64,000 nucleotides of DNA from a virus: IMG/VR virus record IMGVR_UViG_3300028534_000025, positions 6,426 through 70,425 of that record; one strand, given 5' to 3'. This document shows positions 39,745 through 50,568 of the stretch, piece after piece; positions within the stretch are counted from its first letter, which is position 1; the number at the start of each line of letters is the position of its first letter. The notes under the pieces are model-generated. The model ran no database searches. It had not been told where the DNA came from and was given only the letters and a program-made list of their open reading frames with translations. A program made the position numbers and the translations under genes.

Positions 39745-40755
39745 ATGAAAAATATAGTAATATATCATAAAAATTGTATGGATGGTTTATCAAGTGCTTT
39801 TATAGCTAAAACTATACTTAATATAATAGATAAAGAAATTGAAACAATAACGGTGCCAATGCAATATGGTATGGATATCGATAAAGAAATTAGTAAAGCG
39901 TTTAATGATGAAAATTATAGTGAAATAAATTTTCCAATTAAAAATCTTTATTTTGTAGATTTTTCATTAAAGAAAAAAGATATGATGAATATATCATTAA
40001 ATGTATTTGATAAAGTAATTGTTTTAGATCATCATGAAAGTGCTCAAAAAGAATTAGAATTATTAAAATCATTTAATGAATTTGAAATTATATTTGATAT
40101 GAAACAAAGTGGAGCAAAAATAACATATAATTATTTTAAAGATAAATATGAAGAATTTATTGGTAATGATGATGCTTTAGAATATAAAGAAATATTTAAT
40201 AAATTAGTATTTGATTATATTGAAGATAGAGATTTATGGAATTGGGAATTAAATAATTCTAGAGCTATTTCATCAGCTGCAAAATTATTAATTAGATCTG
40301 ATGATTTAGATTCATTTAGAGAATATCATTCTAAATTTAATATATTAGATAATGTAAAAATTGGTGAAACAATATTAGATTATGAAGATAAAATAGTATC
40401 AGCTAAAACAAAAAAAAATAAATTAACAAAAGTTAAAATTAATGATATTGAAATGCATATGGTGAATGCAACAGAACTATTATCAGAAATTGGAAATGAA
40501 ATTTGTAAAAAAATGAGTACTCCTTCTGTAATGTATTTTGTATTACCAGATGGTAATGTTGTACTAAGTATGAGATCTTTAACAGGATTATGTAATGTTT
40601 CAGAAGTTGCTAAATCATTTGGAGGTGGAGGTCATTCACAAGCATCAGGTTGTACTATAACAATAAAACAATTATCAAAATTAATTAAAACTAAAAAATT
40701 AAATGCACCTCTATTTGGATTAAGAAAATTTATTAAAAATATATTTAGAAATTAA
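39745..40755 (+). CDS. DHH/DHHA1 phosphoesterase
   Basis: YHKNCMDG, FVDFS, LDHH, SGA, IEDRDLW, SMRS, GGGGH..ASG. Confidence 0.88.
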   Translation: MKNIVIYHKNCMDGLSSAFIAKTILNIIDKEIETITVPMQYGMDIDKEISKAFNDENYSEINFPIKNLYFVDFSLKKKDMMNISLNVFDKVIVLDHHESAQKELELLKSFNEFEIIFDMKQSGAKITYNYFKDKYEEFIGNDDALEYKEIFNKLVFDYIEDRDLWNWELNNSRAISSAAKLLIRSDDLDSFREYHSKFNILDNVKIGETILDYEDKIVSAKTKKNKLTKVKINDIEMHMVNATELLSEIGNEICKKMSTPSVMYFVLPDGNVVLSMRSLTGLCNVSEVAKSFGGGGHSQASGCTITIKQLSKLIKTKKLNAPLFGLRKFIKNIFRN

Positions 40756-40772
40756 AATATAAGGATAATTAT

Positions 40773-41573
40773 ATGAAAATAATTGAAAAAAAAGAGAAAA
40801 GAGAAAATAGATTAATAATTGAAAAAAATATATCACTAAGAAAAGATATTAATACTCAATTAACTTATTTTGATAATCATATTAAAACATCATTTTTTAA
40901 AGATATTGTTAGTAATAAATTTGAAGATATACTTTCACCAGAAGAGGTGAAAGATAATTTAACACTTACAAAAAGACATTTTGAAAAAGAATTATCTATT
41001 TTTGAAAATATATTTGAACAAGTTTTAGATGATGAAATAGATAGTAATAAAATATTAGAGATTTATGAATTTTTAAAGACTAAAGATTATTCAAAAATTA
41101 AGAATAAAAGATATTCAAAAATTAGTCGTAAATATAATACTGAAAACAAAATTAGATTATTCCATATAAAAAAAGATAAAAATAAAGAACAATTAATACA
41201 TCTTATTATAAAATTATATGAAATGATTCGATCAATATATTTAAAAGATATATTGATCGATAGTGTCAATAATATAAATGATGAATATTCAAATGTGATT
41301 GATTCAAATAGTAAATATATAACTATGAGTTTATATGAAATATTATTTAAAGATGAATATTATTATAAATATAAATCTATAAAAGATGATGATAGAATAA
41401 AACAAGTTTTATTTATAAGTAAATTAAGAAATATTGTTGTTCACTCATATGATACCAATTTTTTTTCAGTACATAGAATTGAGTTTTTAAGAAATATTAA
41501 AGAAACTTTTATAAATATAATTCAAAATTTATATATTTATAATTATAATTTATATAAAGGAATAGAAAAATGA
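40773..41573 (+). CDS. hypothetical protein (possible HEPN-like RxxxxH motif)
   Basis: 266 aa helical ORF with LRNIVVH near the C-terminus. Confidence 0.55.
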   Translation: MKIIEKKEKRENRLIIEKNISLRKDINTQLTYFDNHIKTSFFKDIVSNKFEDILSPEEVKDNLTLTKRHFEKELSIFENIFEQVLDDEIDSNKILEIYEFLKTKDYSKIKNKRYSKISRKYNTENKIRLFHIKKDKNKEQLIHLIIKLYEMIRSIYLKDILIDSVNNINDEYSNVIDSNSKYITMSLYEILFKDEYYYKYKSIKDDDRIKQVLFISKLRNIVVHSYDTNFFSVHRIEFLRNIKETFINIIQNLYIYNYNLYKGIEK

Positions 41574-42205
41574 AAAAAATATTATTTGTGTTAGCACATA
41601 TGGATGATGAAATATATCATGCTGGAACAATTTCAAAATTAAGAGAACAAGGACATAAAGTTTATTTATTTACAGTATGTGGTCAAGGTAGACTAGATGA
41701 CGAACAATATAAAAAAAGATTTAATGCATATGATAAAGTTGTTAAATTATTATTTGATGAATATAAATCTTTAAATTTATATGATTTAACCTTAACACAA
41801 AAAGATGAAAAACTTATTAAACATAATTTAGGAAATTTTATTTACTCATATGATATAGATACAGTTTATACTCATTTTAAACATGATTTACATGATGATC
41901 ATAAGTTGGTTAGTAAATGTGTGAGAACTGAGTGTAGACCAGCTACAAGCAAAGTATGTGAACTTTATGAATGTTATACTCCTGGATCAACAGAATATGG
42001 AGGGAACTTTAATATTAATGAATGGACAGAATTTATAGATATAAATAAATATTTAACTTTAAAAGTTGATATTATGAACTTATATAATATTGAATTAAAG
42101 GGAGCAAATACAGTTGATAGTACATTAGATTGTAATTCTTATTTTGCAAGATTATATAATCAAACATATACAGAAATATTTAAATGCATATATAGAAAAG
42201 GATAA
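41570..42205 (+). CDS. PIG-L/LmbE-family deacetylase
   Basis: LAHMDDE and VYTH..DLHDDH motifs. Confidence 0.85.
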   Translation: MKKILFVLAHMDDEIYHAGTISKLREQGHKVYLFTVCGQGRLDDEQYKKRFNAYDKVVKLLFDEYKSLNLYDLTLTQKDEKLIKHNLGNFIYSYDIDTVYTHFKHDLHDDHKLVSKCVRTECRPATSKVCELYECYTPGSTEYGGNFNINEWTEFIDINKYLTLKVDIMNLYNIELKGANTVDSTLDCNSYFARLYNQTYTEIFKCIYRKG

Positions 42206-42207
42206 AA

Positions 42208-43569
42208 ATGAATAAATTAAAAAATATTAAAGAAATTAGTCTAGCTAATTTCTATGATACAGAATATGCTGATTATGCAATTTATAGAGCCCTTCAAAGA
42301 ATACCAAGTATTTTAGATGGATTTGCACAAACACAAAGAAAAATTATATACACATGTATAGATAAAAATATTGATAAAAAAATGAAAGTATCTGATCTTG
42401 CAGCTGTTGTAAGTTTACATACAAAATATCATCATGGTTCAACTTCTATTGAAACAGCGATTTCAAATCTAGTACCAAAATATAATAATCAAATTCCTCT
42501 ATTACGAGAAGATGGTACATATGGTTCAAGATCTGATAGAGATGCTTCAGCTCCTAGATATATAGAAACAAGATTATATAAATATTCTAAAATTATTTTT
42601 AATGATATTGATAATGATATGTTTGTTGAAAAACAAGAAACTGAAAAACAACAAATTGAACCTAAATTTATGATACCTATTATACCATTATTGATTATAA
42701 ATGGTCAAAAGCAAATCGGTGTAGGTTATGCTACAAATATATTACCAAGATCACAAAAAACAATTATAAAAATATTAAAAGATATATTAACAGGTAAAGA
42801 AAAAACAATACCGACATCAATTTCTCCACATATGCCTTTATTTAATGGAAATATTTATACAAATAAAAAAGGTGGTTGGACATTTGAAGGTATTATTAAA
42901 CCAGGACCAAGAGGTTCATATATAATATCGGAAGTACCACCAAATTATACTAGAGACTCATATATGATTATTTTAGAAAAATTGAAAGATGATGGAAAGA
43001 TTAAATCATATACTGAAAATATTTTGGGAGATGATTTTGATATAACAGTTAGATTTACTAATAAACCTAAAGATATTCCTTCAGCTATTAAGCTTTTAAA
43101 ATTAACATCATCTGTTACAGAAACAATAACAGTTATAAATACAAATAATGAAATAAAACAATATAACACTATTGGTGAAATATTTTTTGAATATATTATG
43201 TTTGTATTGGATATTTTTAGGAAAAGAAAAGATTATATTATTTCAAAAATTGAAGAAGAAAATTCTATAAATTTAAATAAAATTAGATTTATTAAAGATG
43301 TAAATAAAGATGTAATTATATTGAAAAAAAATAAAAGAATTAATGTTATTAATAAATTACAAGAATTAAATTATGATTTATTTGATGATAGTTTTGAATA
43401 TTTATTACGAATGAGAATTGATTCATTAACAGATGAAAAAATTATTGAATTTGAGGAAATTATTAAAAAAGAAACTGAAGAATTAAATACAATTAAAAAT
43501 AAAACTGCTGCACAAATGTGGTTATTGGATTTAGAAAATTTTGAAAAACAATTAAAGAAAGGCGAATAA
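42208..43569 (+). CDS. type II DNA topoisomerase, breakage-reunion (A) subunit (T4 gp52-like)
   Basis: RIPSILDGF..TQRK, YHHGSTS, GTYGSR..ASAPRY (catalytic Tyr), IGVGYAT. Confidence 0.95.
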   Translation: MNKLKNIKEISLANFYDTEYADYAIYRALQRIPSILDGFAQTQRKIIYTCIDKNIDKKMKVSDLAAVVSLHTKYHHGSTSIETAISNLVPKYNNQIPLLREDGTYGSRSDRDASAPRYIETRLYKYSKIIFNDIDNDMFVEKQETEKQQIEPKFMIPIIPLLIINGQKQIGVGYATNILPRSQKTIIKILKDILTGKEKTIPTSISPHMPLFNGNIYTNKKGGWTFEGIIKPGPRGSYIISEVPPNYTRDSYMIILEKLKDDGKIKSYTENILGDDFDITVRFTNKPKDIPSAIKLLKLTSSVTETITVINTNNEIKQYNTIGEIFFEYIMFVLDIFRKRKDYIISKIEEENSINLNKIRFIKDVNKDVIILKKNKRINVINKLQELNYDLFDDSFEYLLRMRIDSLTDEKIIEFEEIIKKETEELNTIKNKTAAQMWLLDLENFEKQLKKGE

Positions 43570-44225
43570 TGTTAAAATATATAAAATATATAAAATATGC
43601 ATATAATTATATTAAAAAAAATATAAAATATATTAAAGAAAATTCAATATATGAAGGATTTTATTATCCTGTTATTGGAAATAATTCAATGTGGTCAAAT
43701 AGAAATACAGGAATTATTATGTCAACATTAGTTGGAGGTTATGGTGAAAATTATGATAAGTGGTGGACATTTTATTGGGGAATTAAATGTAAATTTAAAA
43801 ATCCAGATAAACCATTTAAACAATCAGTTATTGATGCAATAGAGAGACATCCAGAAATGGTAATTGAAAAATATTTAATTACGGATGAACAAGATCCTAA
43901 TCCTATATATATGGATTATGTTAATACAAAAAGTGGATTAGGAATTGGAGATATTGCTATGGCTGCAAGTTTATTAAATTTAAATGAATTTAAAACATAT
44001 AGAGATGATGTTGGAAAACAAGTATGTTGTGGTTATGATAGAAAAACTAAAATATATTATGGTTGGTCACATAGAGCTAAAGTTGGTTTTGAGATAGGAG
44101 ATAAAATTTTTGAAGAAGAATTTGGAGATGATTCAACACCATATAAACAACATGGTTCAAAAACAATTGAAACTAAAGATGATCAATTAAAAGCTGCAAG
44201 AGCATTTGCTGAATCAGTATCATAA
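43569..44225 (+). CDS. conserved phage hypothetical protein
   Basis: YYGWSHRA..GFEIGD ... AARAFAESVS. Confidence 0.65.
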   Translation: MLKYIKYIKYAYNYIKKNIKYIKENSIYEGFYYPVIGNNSMWSNRNTGIIMSTLVGGYGENYDKWWTFYWGIKCKFKNPDKPFKQSVIDAIERHPEMVIEKYLITDEQDPNPIYMDYVNTKSGLGIGDIAMAASLLNLNEFKTYRDDVGKQVCCGYDRKTKIYYGWSHRAKVGFEIGDKIFEEEFGDDSTPYKQHGSKTIETKDDQLKAARAFAESVS

Positions 44226-44234
44226 GGATTAATT

Positions 44235-44612
44235 ATGGAAAATAAAAAATTTAGTATAACTAAGTTTGAAGAAAAATTTAGAGCTGTTATAGATTCATCA
44301 TCGATGAATTCTATTGCTGCTAAAAATAATAACTTAAAATATAAAAGTAAAAAACTTCCAGGTCAAACTTCATATTCAATGCTAACAATGAGTAAAACTA
44401 TATTGGTTCCACGTGAAATTAATATACATAGATATTGGGGAGATTATTTTGAAGATGAACAATTAATTAGATTTAAAATGGAAGTGGATATGATTGAAAA
44501 TAATTCAAAAGTAATGAAACAACTAATTAAAGTTTGGAGACAATCTTTAAATATAAAAGAAGCACTTTATCTTGAAAAAGATAATTTTGGTGTAATTATA
44601 GTTTGGATGTAA
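44235..44612 (+). CDS. hypothetical protein
   Basis: 125 aa ORF with RBS. Confidence 0.6.
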   Translation: MENKKFSITKFEEKFRAVIDSSSMNSIAAKNNNLKYKSKKLPGQTSYSMLTMSKTILVPREINIHRYWGDYFEDEQLIRFKMEVDMIENNSKVMKQLIKVWRQSLNIKEALYLEKDNFGVIIVWM

Positions 44613-44621
44613 GGAAATAAT

Positions 44622-44864
44622 ATGATGACAAAAGAAGAAATTGCTGAAGATGTAATAAGATTAATACAATTAGAATTAACAGATAAAGAAGTAACAGTTG
44701 ATTCATTTTTAGATAGGGATTTATATTTAACAGATGATGATTTATTATATTTAGAAGATATTATATATCATGAAATTGATTTGGATATATGTGGATTATT
44801 AAATTTAGATGAACAAGATAAAGTTCAAGATATTGTTGATACAATATTTGAATCACAGTATTAA
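44622..44864 (+). CDS. acyl-carrier-protein-like protein lacking the phosphopantetheine Ser
   Basis: 80 aa acidic; V..LI..EL..EVT.DS....DL..xxxD...L.......I.......VQDIVD.I pattern of ACP; DSL motif replaced by TDD. Confidence 0.55.
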   Translation: MMTKEEIAEDVIRLIQLELTDKEVTVDSFLDRDLYLTDDDLLYLEDIIYHEIDLDICGLLNLDEQDKVQDIVDTIFESQY

Positions 44865-44879
44865 ATTAAGGAATTAAAA

Positions 44880-46457
44880 ATGAGTAGAAATTATAAAGCA
44901 TTACATGAAGTAATTATGAAAATAAAAGAAACATCTGGTTCAAATGATAAAAAAATAATATTAGAAGCACATACTGGTAATGATGAATTCAAAGAATATT
45001 TTTTATATGTTTATGATTTAGTTAATAAAGTATATGGTAAAACAAAATTACCAACAATTGCTGAAGTTGATTATATTGTTGAAAATGATGATTGGTTAGA
45101 AGAAATGTATTCAATATTAGATGAAATGGCTGCAAAAGATTTAAAAGGTAAAGATGCAGATTCTAGAATGCAAGACTTTTTAACAGGAGCACCTCAAGAA
45201 ATAAAAGATTTAATGTTTTGGGTTTTACAAAGAGATGTTAAAGCAAAAATTGGTGTAACATTAATTAATGAAGCAATGGGTAAATTTATACAAATTAGCC
45301 CATATATGAGATGTGAATCTGAAAAAATGTTCGATAAAAGAATTAAATTTGTAAATGAACATGGTCAACCAACACAAGTATTAGTGCAAACTAAGGCTGA
45401 TGGAGCATTTTTAAATACATGTATTTCAAAAGATTTTGATACAGTTGATACAAGTACTAGATACGGTAGAAAAGGTCCAACAGATAATAAATTCATTAAT
45501 TCATTATCAAAAATTACAGATTTTACAGAAAATGATAATTCTACAATTCATGGAGAGTTTTTATTAAAAGATAAAGATGGTAAAGTTATGATTAGAGAAA
45601 CTGGAAATGGTAGAATCAATTCATATTTTAAAAAAGAAGAATGGTTAAAAGAATATGATAAAAAGATACAAAAAGCTAAAACACCTAAGGCTAGTGCTAA
45701 ATTAGAAAAAGAATTACAAGAACATTTGGATGATTGGAATTATACTTCTCGAAATTTAGTATATAAAGTTTGGGATATTCTTCCAACAGAAGATTGGTTA
45801 AATTTATATTATGATAAAGAATTAACATTTAAAAGATTTTTAAACATTAAAGAATATGTATCTAGATATAATAAATATATAGAATCAGTTAATATAGATA
45901 TTGATAACTGTGAGTTACAGATTATTAATCATAAATTTGTAAATTCTGTAGATGAAGCAATGACTTTTTATCAAGAACAATTAGATCTTGGTGAAGAAGG
46001 AATGGTTGCTAAAATGGACACTCCTTGGGAGAATGGTACTAATACAAAAGGTTGTATTAAACTAAAAGATTTTAAAGAATGTGATTTAGTAATTATTGGT
46101 TATAATGAAGCTGATGAGCATTCAGATTTTGCTGGAGGAATTGGTTCATATATTTGTGAAAGTTCAGATGGTATTTTAAAAGTAAATATTTCTGGAATGA
46201 AAAGACATCAAAGAGGATTAATTCCTGTAGATGAAAATGATTCTAGTAAAGGTTTAAAATTAATTGAAGATTTTGATTTTGAAGAACATATTGGTAAAGT
46301 AATTGCCGTTAAATACAATGAACTTACTAAAAATAAAGATACTGGAGTGCCATCATTATTTTTGCCTAGTATTTTAGAAATTCGAGAAAGTTCAGATAAA
46401 GTTATTGCTGATGATTTTGATAAAATCGTAAGTGATTCTAAAAAAAGAAAGAAGTAA
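44880..46457 (+). CDS. ATP-dependent DNA ligase (T4 gp30-like)
   Basis: QTKADG motif I, HGEF, WDI, EEGMVAK, KLKD..ECDL, SLFLP. Confidence 0.92.
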   Translation: MSRNYKALHEVIMKIKETSGSNDKKIILEAHTGNDEFKEYFLYVYDLVNKVYGKTKLPTIAEVDYIVENDDWLEEMYSILDEMAAKDLKGKDADSRMQDFLTGAPQEIKDLMFWVLQRDVKAKIGVTLINEAMGKFIQISPYMRCESEKMFDKRIKFVNEHGQPTQVLVQTKADGAFLNTCISKDFDTVDTSTRYGRKGPTDNKFINSLSKITDFTENDNSTIHGEFLLKDKDGKVMIRETGNGRINSYFKKEEWLKEYDKKIQKAKTPKASAKLEKELQEHLDDWNYTSRNLVYKVWDILPTEDWLNLYYDKELTFKRFLNIKEYVSRYNKYIESVNIDIDNCELQIINHKFVNSVDEAMTFYQEQLDLGEEGMVAKMDTPWENGTNTKGCIKLKDFKECDLVIIGYNEADEHSDFAGGIGSYICESSDGILKVNISGMKRHQRGLIPVDENDSSKGLKLIEDFDFEEHIGKVIAVKYNELTKNKDTGVPSLFLPSILEIRESSDKVIADDFDKIVSDSKKRKK

Positions 46458-46870
46458 TGTATTCATATAAAACATTTAAATATTGTCATAAAATATTAGT
46501 AAATATTAGTAAAAGAGATGGGATTGCTTTTAAATTCAATAATCAATATTATGAATTATATGATATTGAATTAATGATAAATTTAACAATTGAGGATATA
46601 ATAAATATATATGTTAAATTTCATGAAGATATAAAAAGTTTATCTGATTGGGGTTCAATGAAAATAGAGGAGGTTGCAAAGATGTCGTATATGATGTTAA
46701 ATGAAAAAGGGAATAATACGAAAGAAATATATGCAAATGGCGAATACCAAGATGTATTTTGGATTGGTGAAAACGAAGTTCGATTCGTTAATGGTGCAGG
46801 GAATTTAGAGACTATTTCTATAGAAACTTTAAGAATAAATAATCCTGGATATGAAATAGTTTTAGTATAA
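46457..46870 (+). CDS. hypothetical protein
   Basis: 137 aa ORF. Confidence 0.55.
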   Translation: MYSYKTFKYCHKILVNISKRDGIAFKFNNQYYELYDIELMINLTIEDIINIYVKFHEDIKSLSDWGSMKIEEVAKMSYMMLNEKGNNTKEIYANGEYQDVFWIGENEVRFVNGAGNLETISIETLRINNPGYEIVLV

Positions 46871-46907
46871 CTTAAAAATACAATTAAGAAAATTAAGGAA
46901 TAAAAAA

Positions 46908-47987
46908 ATGAAAATAAAAGATAAAGTAATTCAAGGATTAATAAAAAGTGGTAGAGAATTTGATGTTAGTTTTGATGATATTGATTTATCAGAAGAAGAT
47001 TTTGAAGAAGCTTCAACACACTTATCATTCTTAAAAGAATATGATGTATCGGATTTAAATGAATTATTTGAATATATTGATGATGATCAAATAAAAAAAC
47101 TATTAGATATTGATATGATTGATAAAGAAGAAATGATTAAATCAAAGATTGAATATGATAGTGCTGAGATAGAAGAAGTTTATAAATTAATCGAAAATAA
47201 ATCTTATATATATGAAAGTGATTTTGAAAAATTATCAAAAGAAGAATTAAAATTATATAAAGATTTATTGAATGAATATAAAAATGATGATTCATCAGAT
47301 GAATTTAAACAACTTATAATTAAATATTCATATGATAATATTACTGATTATTATGTAGATATTTTAAAAGGTGATATTGAAGGAATTGATGATTTATCAT
47401 CTAGTGATTGGAAAAATTTATATAAATCAAGTTTTGATTTCTTTGAAAAATTAGATGTTGAAACATTTTATACTAGAAATATGTCTTGGTCATTATCAAA
47501 TTTTCCTAGCAATTCATGTAATTTTCAAGAAACAAGGGAAGAATTTTGTTTAAGTGCTAATAAATATTATCAAGATGAAAAATTAACTAAATGGTTAGTT
47601 GATGAAGGATATATTGATATAGGAGATGTTGAATCGGAAGATGAAAAAGAAGTTAGAATAAAAGAAAAAAATTCTTCAAAGTGGCAAAATATAATTAATA
47701 ATGATAGAATTAATATAGAAGATATTAAAGTTTTATTTGAAAGATTTAATGTTCAAAATTATAGTTTGATTGAAGGATATGTTGGATTAGAAAATATGAC
47801 ATTTGACCATTTAATATTTGAAGATAAATTAATTGGAGATTCATTTGGAAATAAACCATGGATTAATGGAAGAACATTTGGAGATAATAGAATGACTTTA
47901 CTATTTATAAAAGATTTTTTAATTAATAATGGATTTATCGAATCAAATGAATTAGATATATTTATTAAAAATAAAATTGAAGAATAA
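46908..47987 (+). CDS. acidic hypothetical protein
   Basis: 359 aa ORF with RBS. Confidence 0.7.
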   Translation: MKIKDKVIQGLIKSGREFDVSFDDIDLSEEDFEEASTHLSFLKEYDVSDLNELFEYIDDDQIKKLLDIDMIDKEEMIKSKIEYDSAEIEEVYKLIENKSYIYESDFEKLSKEELKLYKDLLNEYKNDDSSDEFKQLIIKYSYDNITDYYVDILKGDIEGIDDLSSSDWKNLYKSSFDFFEKLDVETFYTRNMSWSLSNFPSNSCNFQETREEFCLSANKYYQDEKLTKWLVDEGYIDIGDVESEDEKEVRIKEKNSSKWQNIINNDRINIEDIKVLFERFNVQNYSLIEGYVGLENMTFDHLIFEDKLIGDSFGNKPWINGRTFGDNRMTLLFIKDFLINNGFIESNELDIFIKNKIEE

Positions 47988-47991
47988 TAAA

Positions 47992-48273
47992 ATGATTAAA
48001 GTATTTGAAAAAGAATGGATATCAGAATCAAGTGATGGCGCAAATATATATTATTATCATAAAGATTATATATTTAATATTGGTTTTGATTTTAATACAA
48101 AAATGTTTTGTTATCAAATATTAAATGAAGATATTGAACCAAATATTAATATAGAAAATACATTTAAAACAGTAGATGAATGTTTAATATTTTTAAATAA
48201 GTATTGTATTGAACATAATATTTCTTTACAATTTGAAATATTTAGTGATAAAAAATTTGGAGAATTAATATGA
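47992..48273 (+). CDS. hypothetical protein
   Basis: ORF in gene run. Confidence 0.55.
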   Translation: MIKVFEKEWISESSDGANIYYYHKDYIFNIGFDFNTKMFCYQILNEDIEPNINIENTFKTVDECLIFLNKYCIEHNISLQFEIFSDKKFGELI

Positions 48274-48569
48274 AAATAATTAAAATTGATGATTGGACAC
48301 ATTTAAATAATTGGGGAGCATTCATAAATACATCTCATAATGATTTTGAATTTATTATTAGATATAATTTTAAAAATACTGAATGGACATTTGATATAAG
48401 AAATGAAAACTTAGAAATATATGAAGATGATATGACTTTAGATGTTAAAAATATAAATGATGGCTTTGATTTTTTTAACACTAGTTTAAAAGAATTGAAA
48501 ATTGATAATGTTTTAATATTACCAATTGATGAAGATGATTTTGGTAATTTATTAACTAATGATTTTTAA
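48270..48569 (+). CDS. hypothetical protein
   Basis: 99 aa ORF, GGAG RBS. Confidence 0.6.
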   Translation: MKIIKIDDWTHLNNWGAFINTSHNDFEFIIRYNFKNTEWTFDIRNENLEIYEDDMTLDVKNINDGFDFFNTSLKELKIDNVLILPIDEDDFGNLLTNDF

Positions 48570-48582
48570 ATAAGGAAATAAA

Positions 48583-49251
48583 ATGAAAAATGGAATAATT
48601 AATGGTTTAAAATCTAGGTATATTAATAGTGCTGAAGTTATTGATCCGGGATTAGTAGAGGATATATGTAAAGTAGAAACATTTAATGCATACGAAACTT
48701 TAGAAACAACAGGTTATCATATGGATAGTGTAATTAATAATATTATTGAAGAAATTGAAAAAGAAAATGATGAGAAAATTAAATTAGATAAATATGAAAC
48801 AGCAATTATTTTAACAATTAAAAATTGGAAGTTAAAAGAAGATAAAGATGAATATGATAAATTTGAATTTATAAAAACAACTGAAGAAAGTGTTTTAAAT
48901 GATAATTATGAGTTAGTAAAAGTAATTTGTAAACAATTATTATTGGAACCTCAATATTTAGAATTAAAATATATTAATCAAATATTATTAGATTTAATTG
49001 AAAAAATAGATCCTCTAAAAATTAGAAAAATATTAACAGACTCTATGTCTTATAGATGGGTTGATATTACTGGTTATGGTACAAATAAATTATTAACTTT
49101 AAAATATTCTCCAACACAAACAATATTTTTTAATTGTTTAATTACTTTATCTGGAATTAAAATGAAAAAAGATTATAATTCAGAACTTATTGATATATAT
49201 GATTTAGATGAAAGTTTAATTAATAAAAATAAAAAGGAATATAATGAGTAA
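48583..49251 (+). CDS. hypothetical protein
   Basis: 222 aa ORF with RBS. Confidence 0.65.
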   Translation: MKNGIINGLKSRYINSAEVIDPGLVEDICKVETFNAYETLETTGYHMDSVINNIIEEIEKENDEKIKLDKYETAIILTIKNWKLKEDKDEYDKFEFIKTTEESVLNDNYELVKVICKQLLLEPQYLELKYINQILLDLIEKIDPLKIRKILTDSMSYRWVDITGYGTNKLLTLKYSPTQTIFFNCLITLSGIKMKKDYNSELIDIYDLDESLINKNKKEYNE

Positions 49252-49687
49252 TATTACAGAATTAGAACTTTGTAAAATTGATTTAGGAATTAATTTTAAT
49301 GGATATCCTCTTGAAGATTTTGATAATGAATTATTAATAGATAAAATAAGCAAACATACAATGACAAGAATGTATAAAAATAAACATTATGAATTAGTTG
49401 TAAATGTTATTGAAAAACAAGAAATTAAAGAATCTGTTGAATATGATGAAAGATTATTTGTATTTATTAGACCTTGGATTTTAAATAGAGAAATAACAAT
49501 ATCTATAATTAATACATATAATAAGGTAATTGTTGGATTATTAAATAGAGTAAATGATCAAGGTGTATCATATAAAACATTAATTAAATGGGATATTGTT
49601 GATGGTAGTTGTCTATTCTGCGAGGATATTAAATTATATAATAATCATAATTTAGATTTAAGAGAATTAACGATAGAATATAAATAA
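49244..49687 (+). CDS. hypothetical protein
   Basis: 147 aa ORF with RBS. Confidence 0.6.
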   Translation: MSNITELELCKIDLGINFNGYPLEDFDNELLIDKISKHTMTRMYKNKHYELVVNVIEKQEIKESVEYDERLFVFIRPWILNREITISIINTYNKVIVGLLNRVNDQGVSYKTLIKWDIVDGSCLFCEDIKLYNNHNLDLRELTIEYK

Positions 49688-49696
49688 AGGAAAATT

Positions 49697-50224
49697 ATGA
49701 AAAAAATAGAATTAAGAAGTTTAATAGGTGAACATAATACTCATTATTTAAAATGGAATATATCTGATGATTTAAGTATTAGATATTTTTATATGTTTAA
49801 TGATAAAAGAGCTATGGAAGGAAAATTCTTTATTAAGTCTCACAAAAATAAAGAATATTCTGAAATTAGTAAAGAAATTGCTTATATTATGATTAAGGAT
49901 TTAAAATTACAAAAACAAGAAATTATTGGAAAACAATTTAGAAATAAATTTATAAAATTAAATATTGATGATTTATTAAAAAATGAATATAATAAAATGT
50001 TAAATAAAATTAATAAAAAAGAATGTACTATAAATGAATTTAGTGAATGGTGTAGTAGAAATTTAAAAGTAAGAGATTTAATGGATCCTAATAGAGATAT
50101 TGCTTATATAATAGATGATAATGCCTTAAAATTGTTAAATAATATTGGTTTTAAGTATCCTGATAATTTATTTTCAATATGTGCTCAATACACTGTAAAA
50201 TTTTTATGGAATAATTCATTATGA
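49697..50224 (+). CDS. hypothetical protein
   Basis: 175 aa ORF with RBS. Confidence 0.6.
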   Translation: MKKIELRSLIGEHNTHYLKWNISDDLSIRYFYMFNDKRAMEGKFFIKSHKNKEYSEISKEIAYIMIKDLKLQKQEIIGKQFRNKFIKLNIDDLLKNEYNKMLNKINKKECTINEFSEWCSRNLKVRDLMDPNRDIAYIIDDNALKLLNNIGFKYPDNLFSICAQYTVKFLWNNSL

Positions 50225-50568
50225 AAAAAGATATATTAATATTAACAATATATATACTATTAATGATTGTTTTAAAATATGCATATGATAATTATGTATC
50301 ATATGCAACATTAGGAAGTTTATTTTTAATATTTGCTTCACTATATTTATATATTGGTAAAATATTAATTAGTACTTTTTTATATACTATAGCTGATTTA
50401 TGTTGGGCAATGTTAGCATATGAGAGTGGAGATATACTTGGAACTGGATCAATATTATTTGCAATATTTGTGGGTATTGGTGTAATGTATAAAATGAAAA
50501 AAGGAATATTTGTGAAAAATTTAAATAAGGAGAAACAATGTTACAAAAATTTAAAGAGTGTTGTTTAA
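50221..50568 (+). CDS. multi-pass membrane protein
   Basis: about 4 hydrophobic helices. Confidence 0.65.
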   Translation: MKKDILILTIYILLMIVLKYAYDNYVSYATLGSLFLIFASLYLYIGKILISTFLYTIADLCWAMLAYESGDILGTGSILFAIFVGIGVMYKMKKGIFVKNLNKEKQCYKNLKSVV

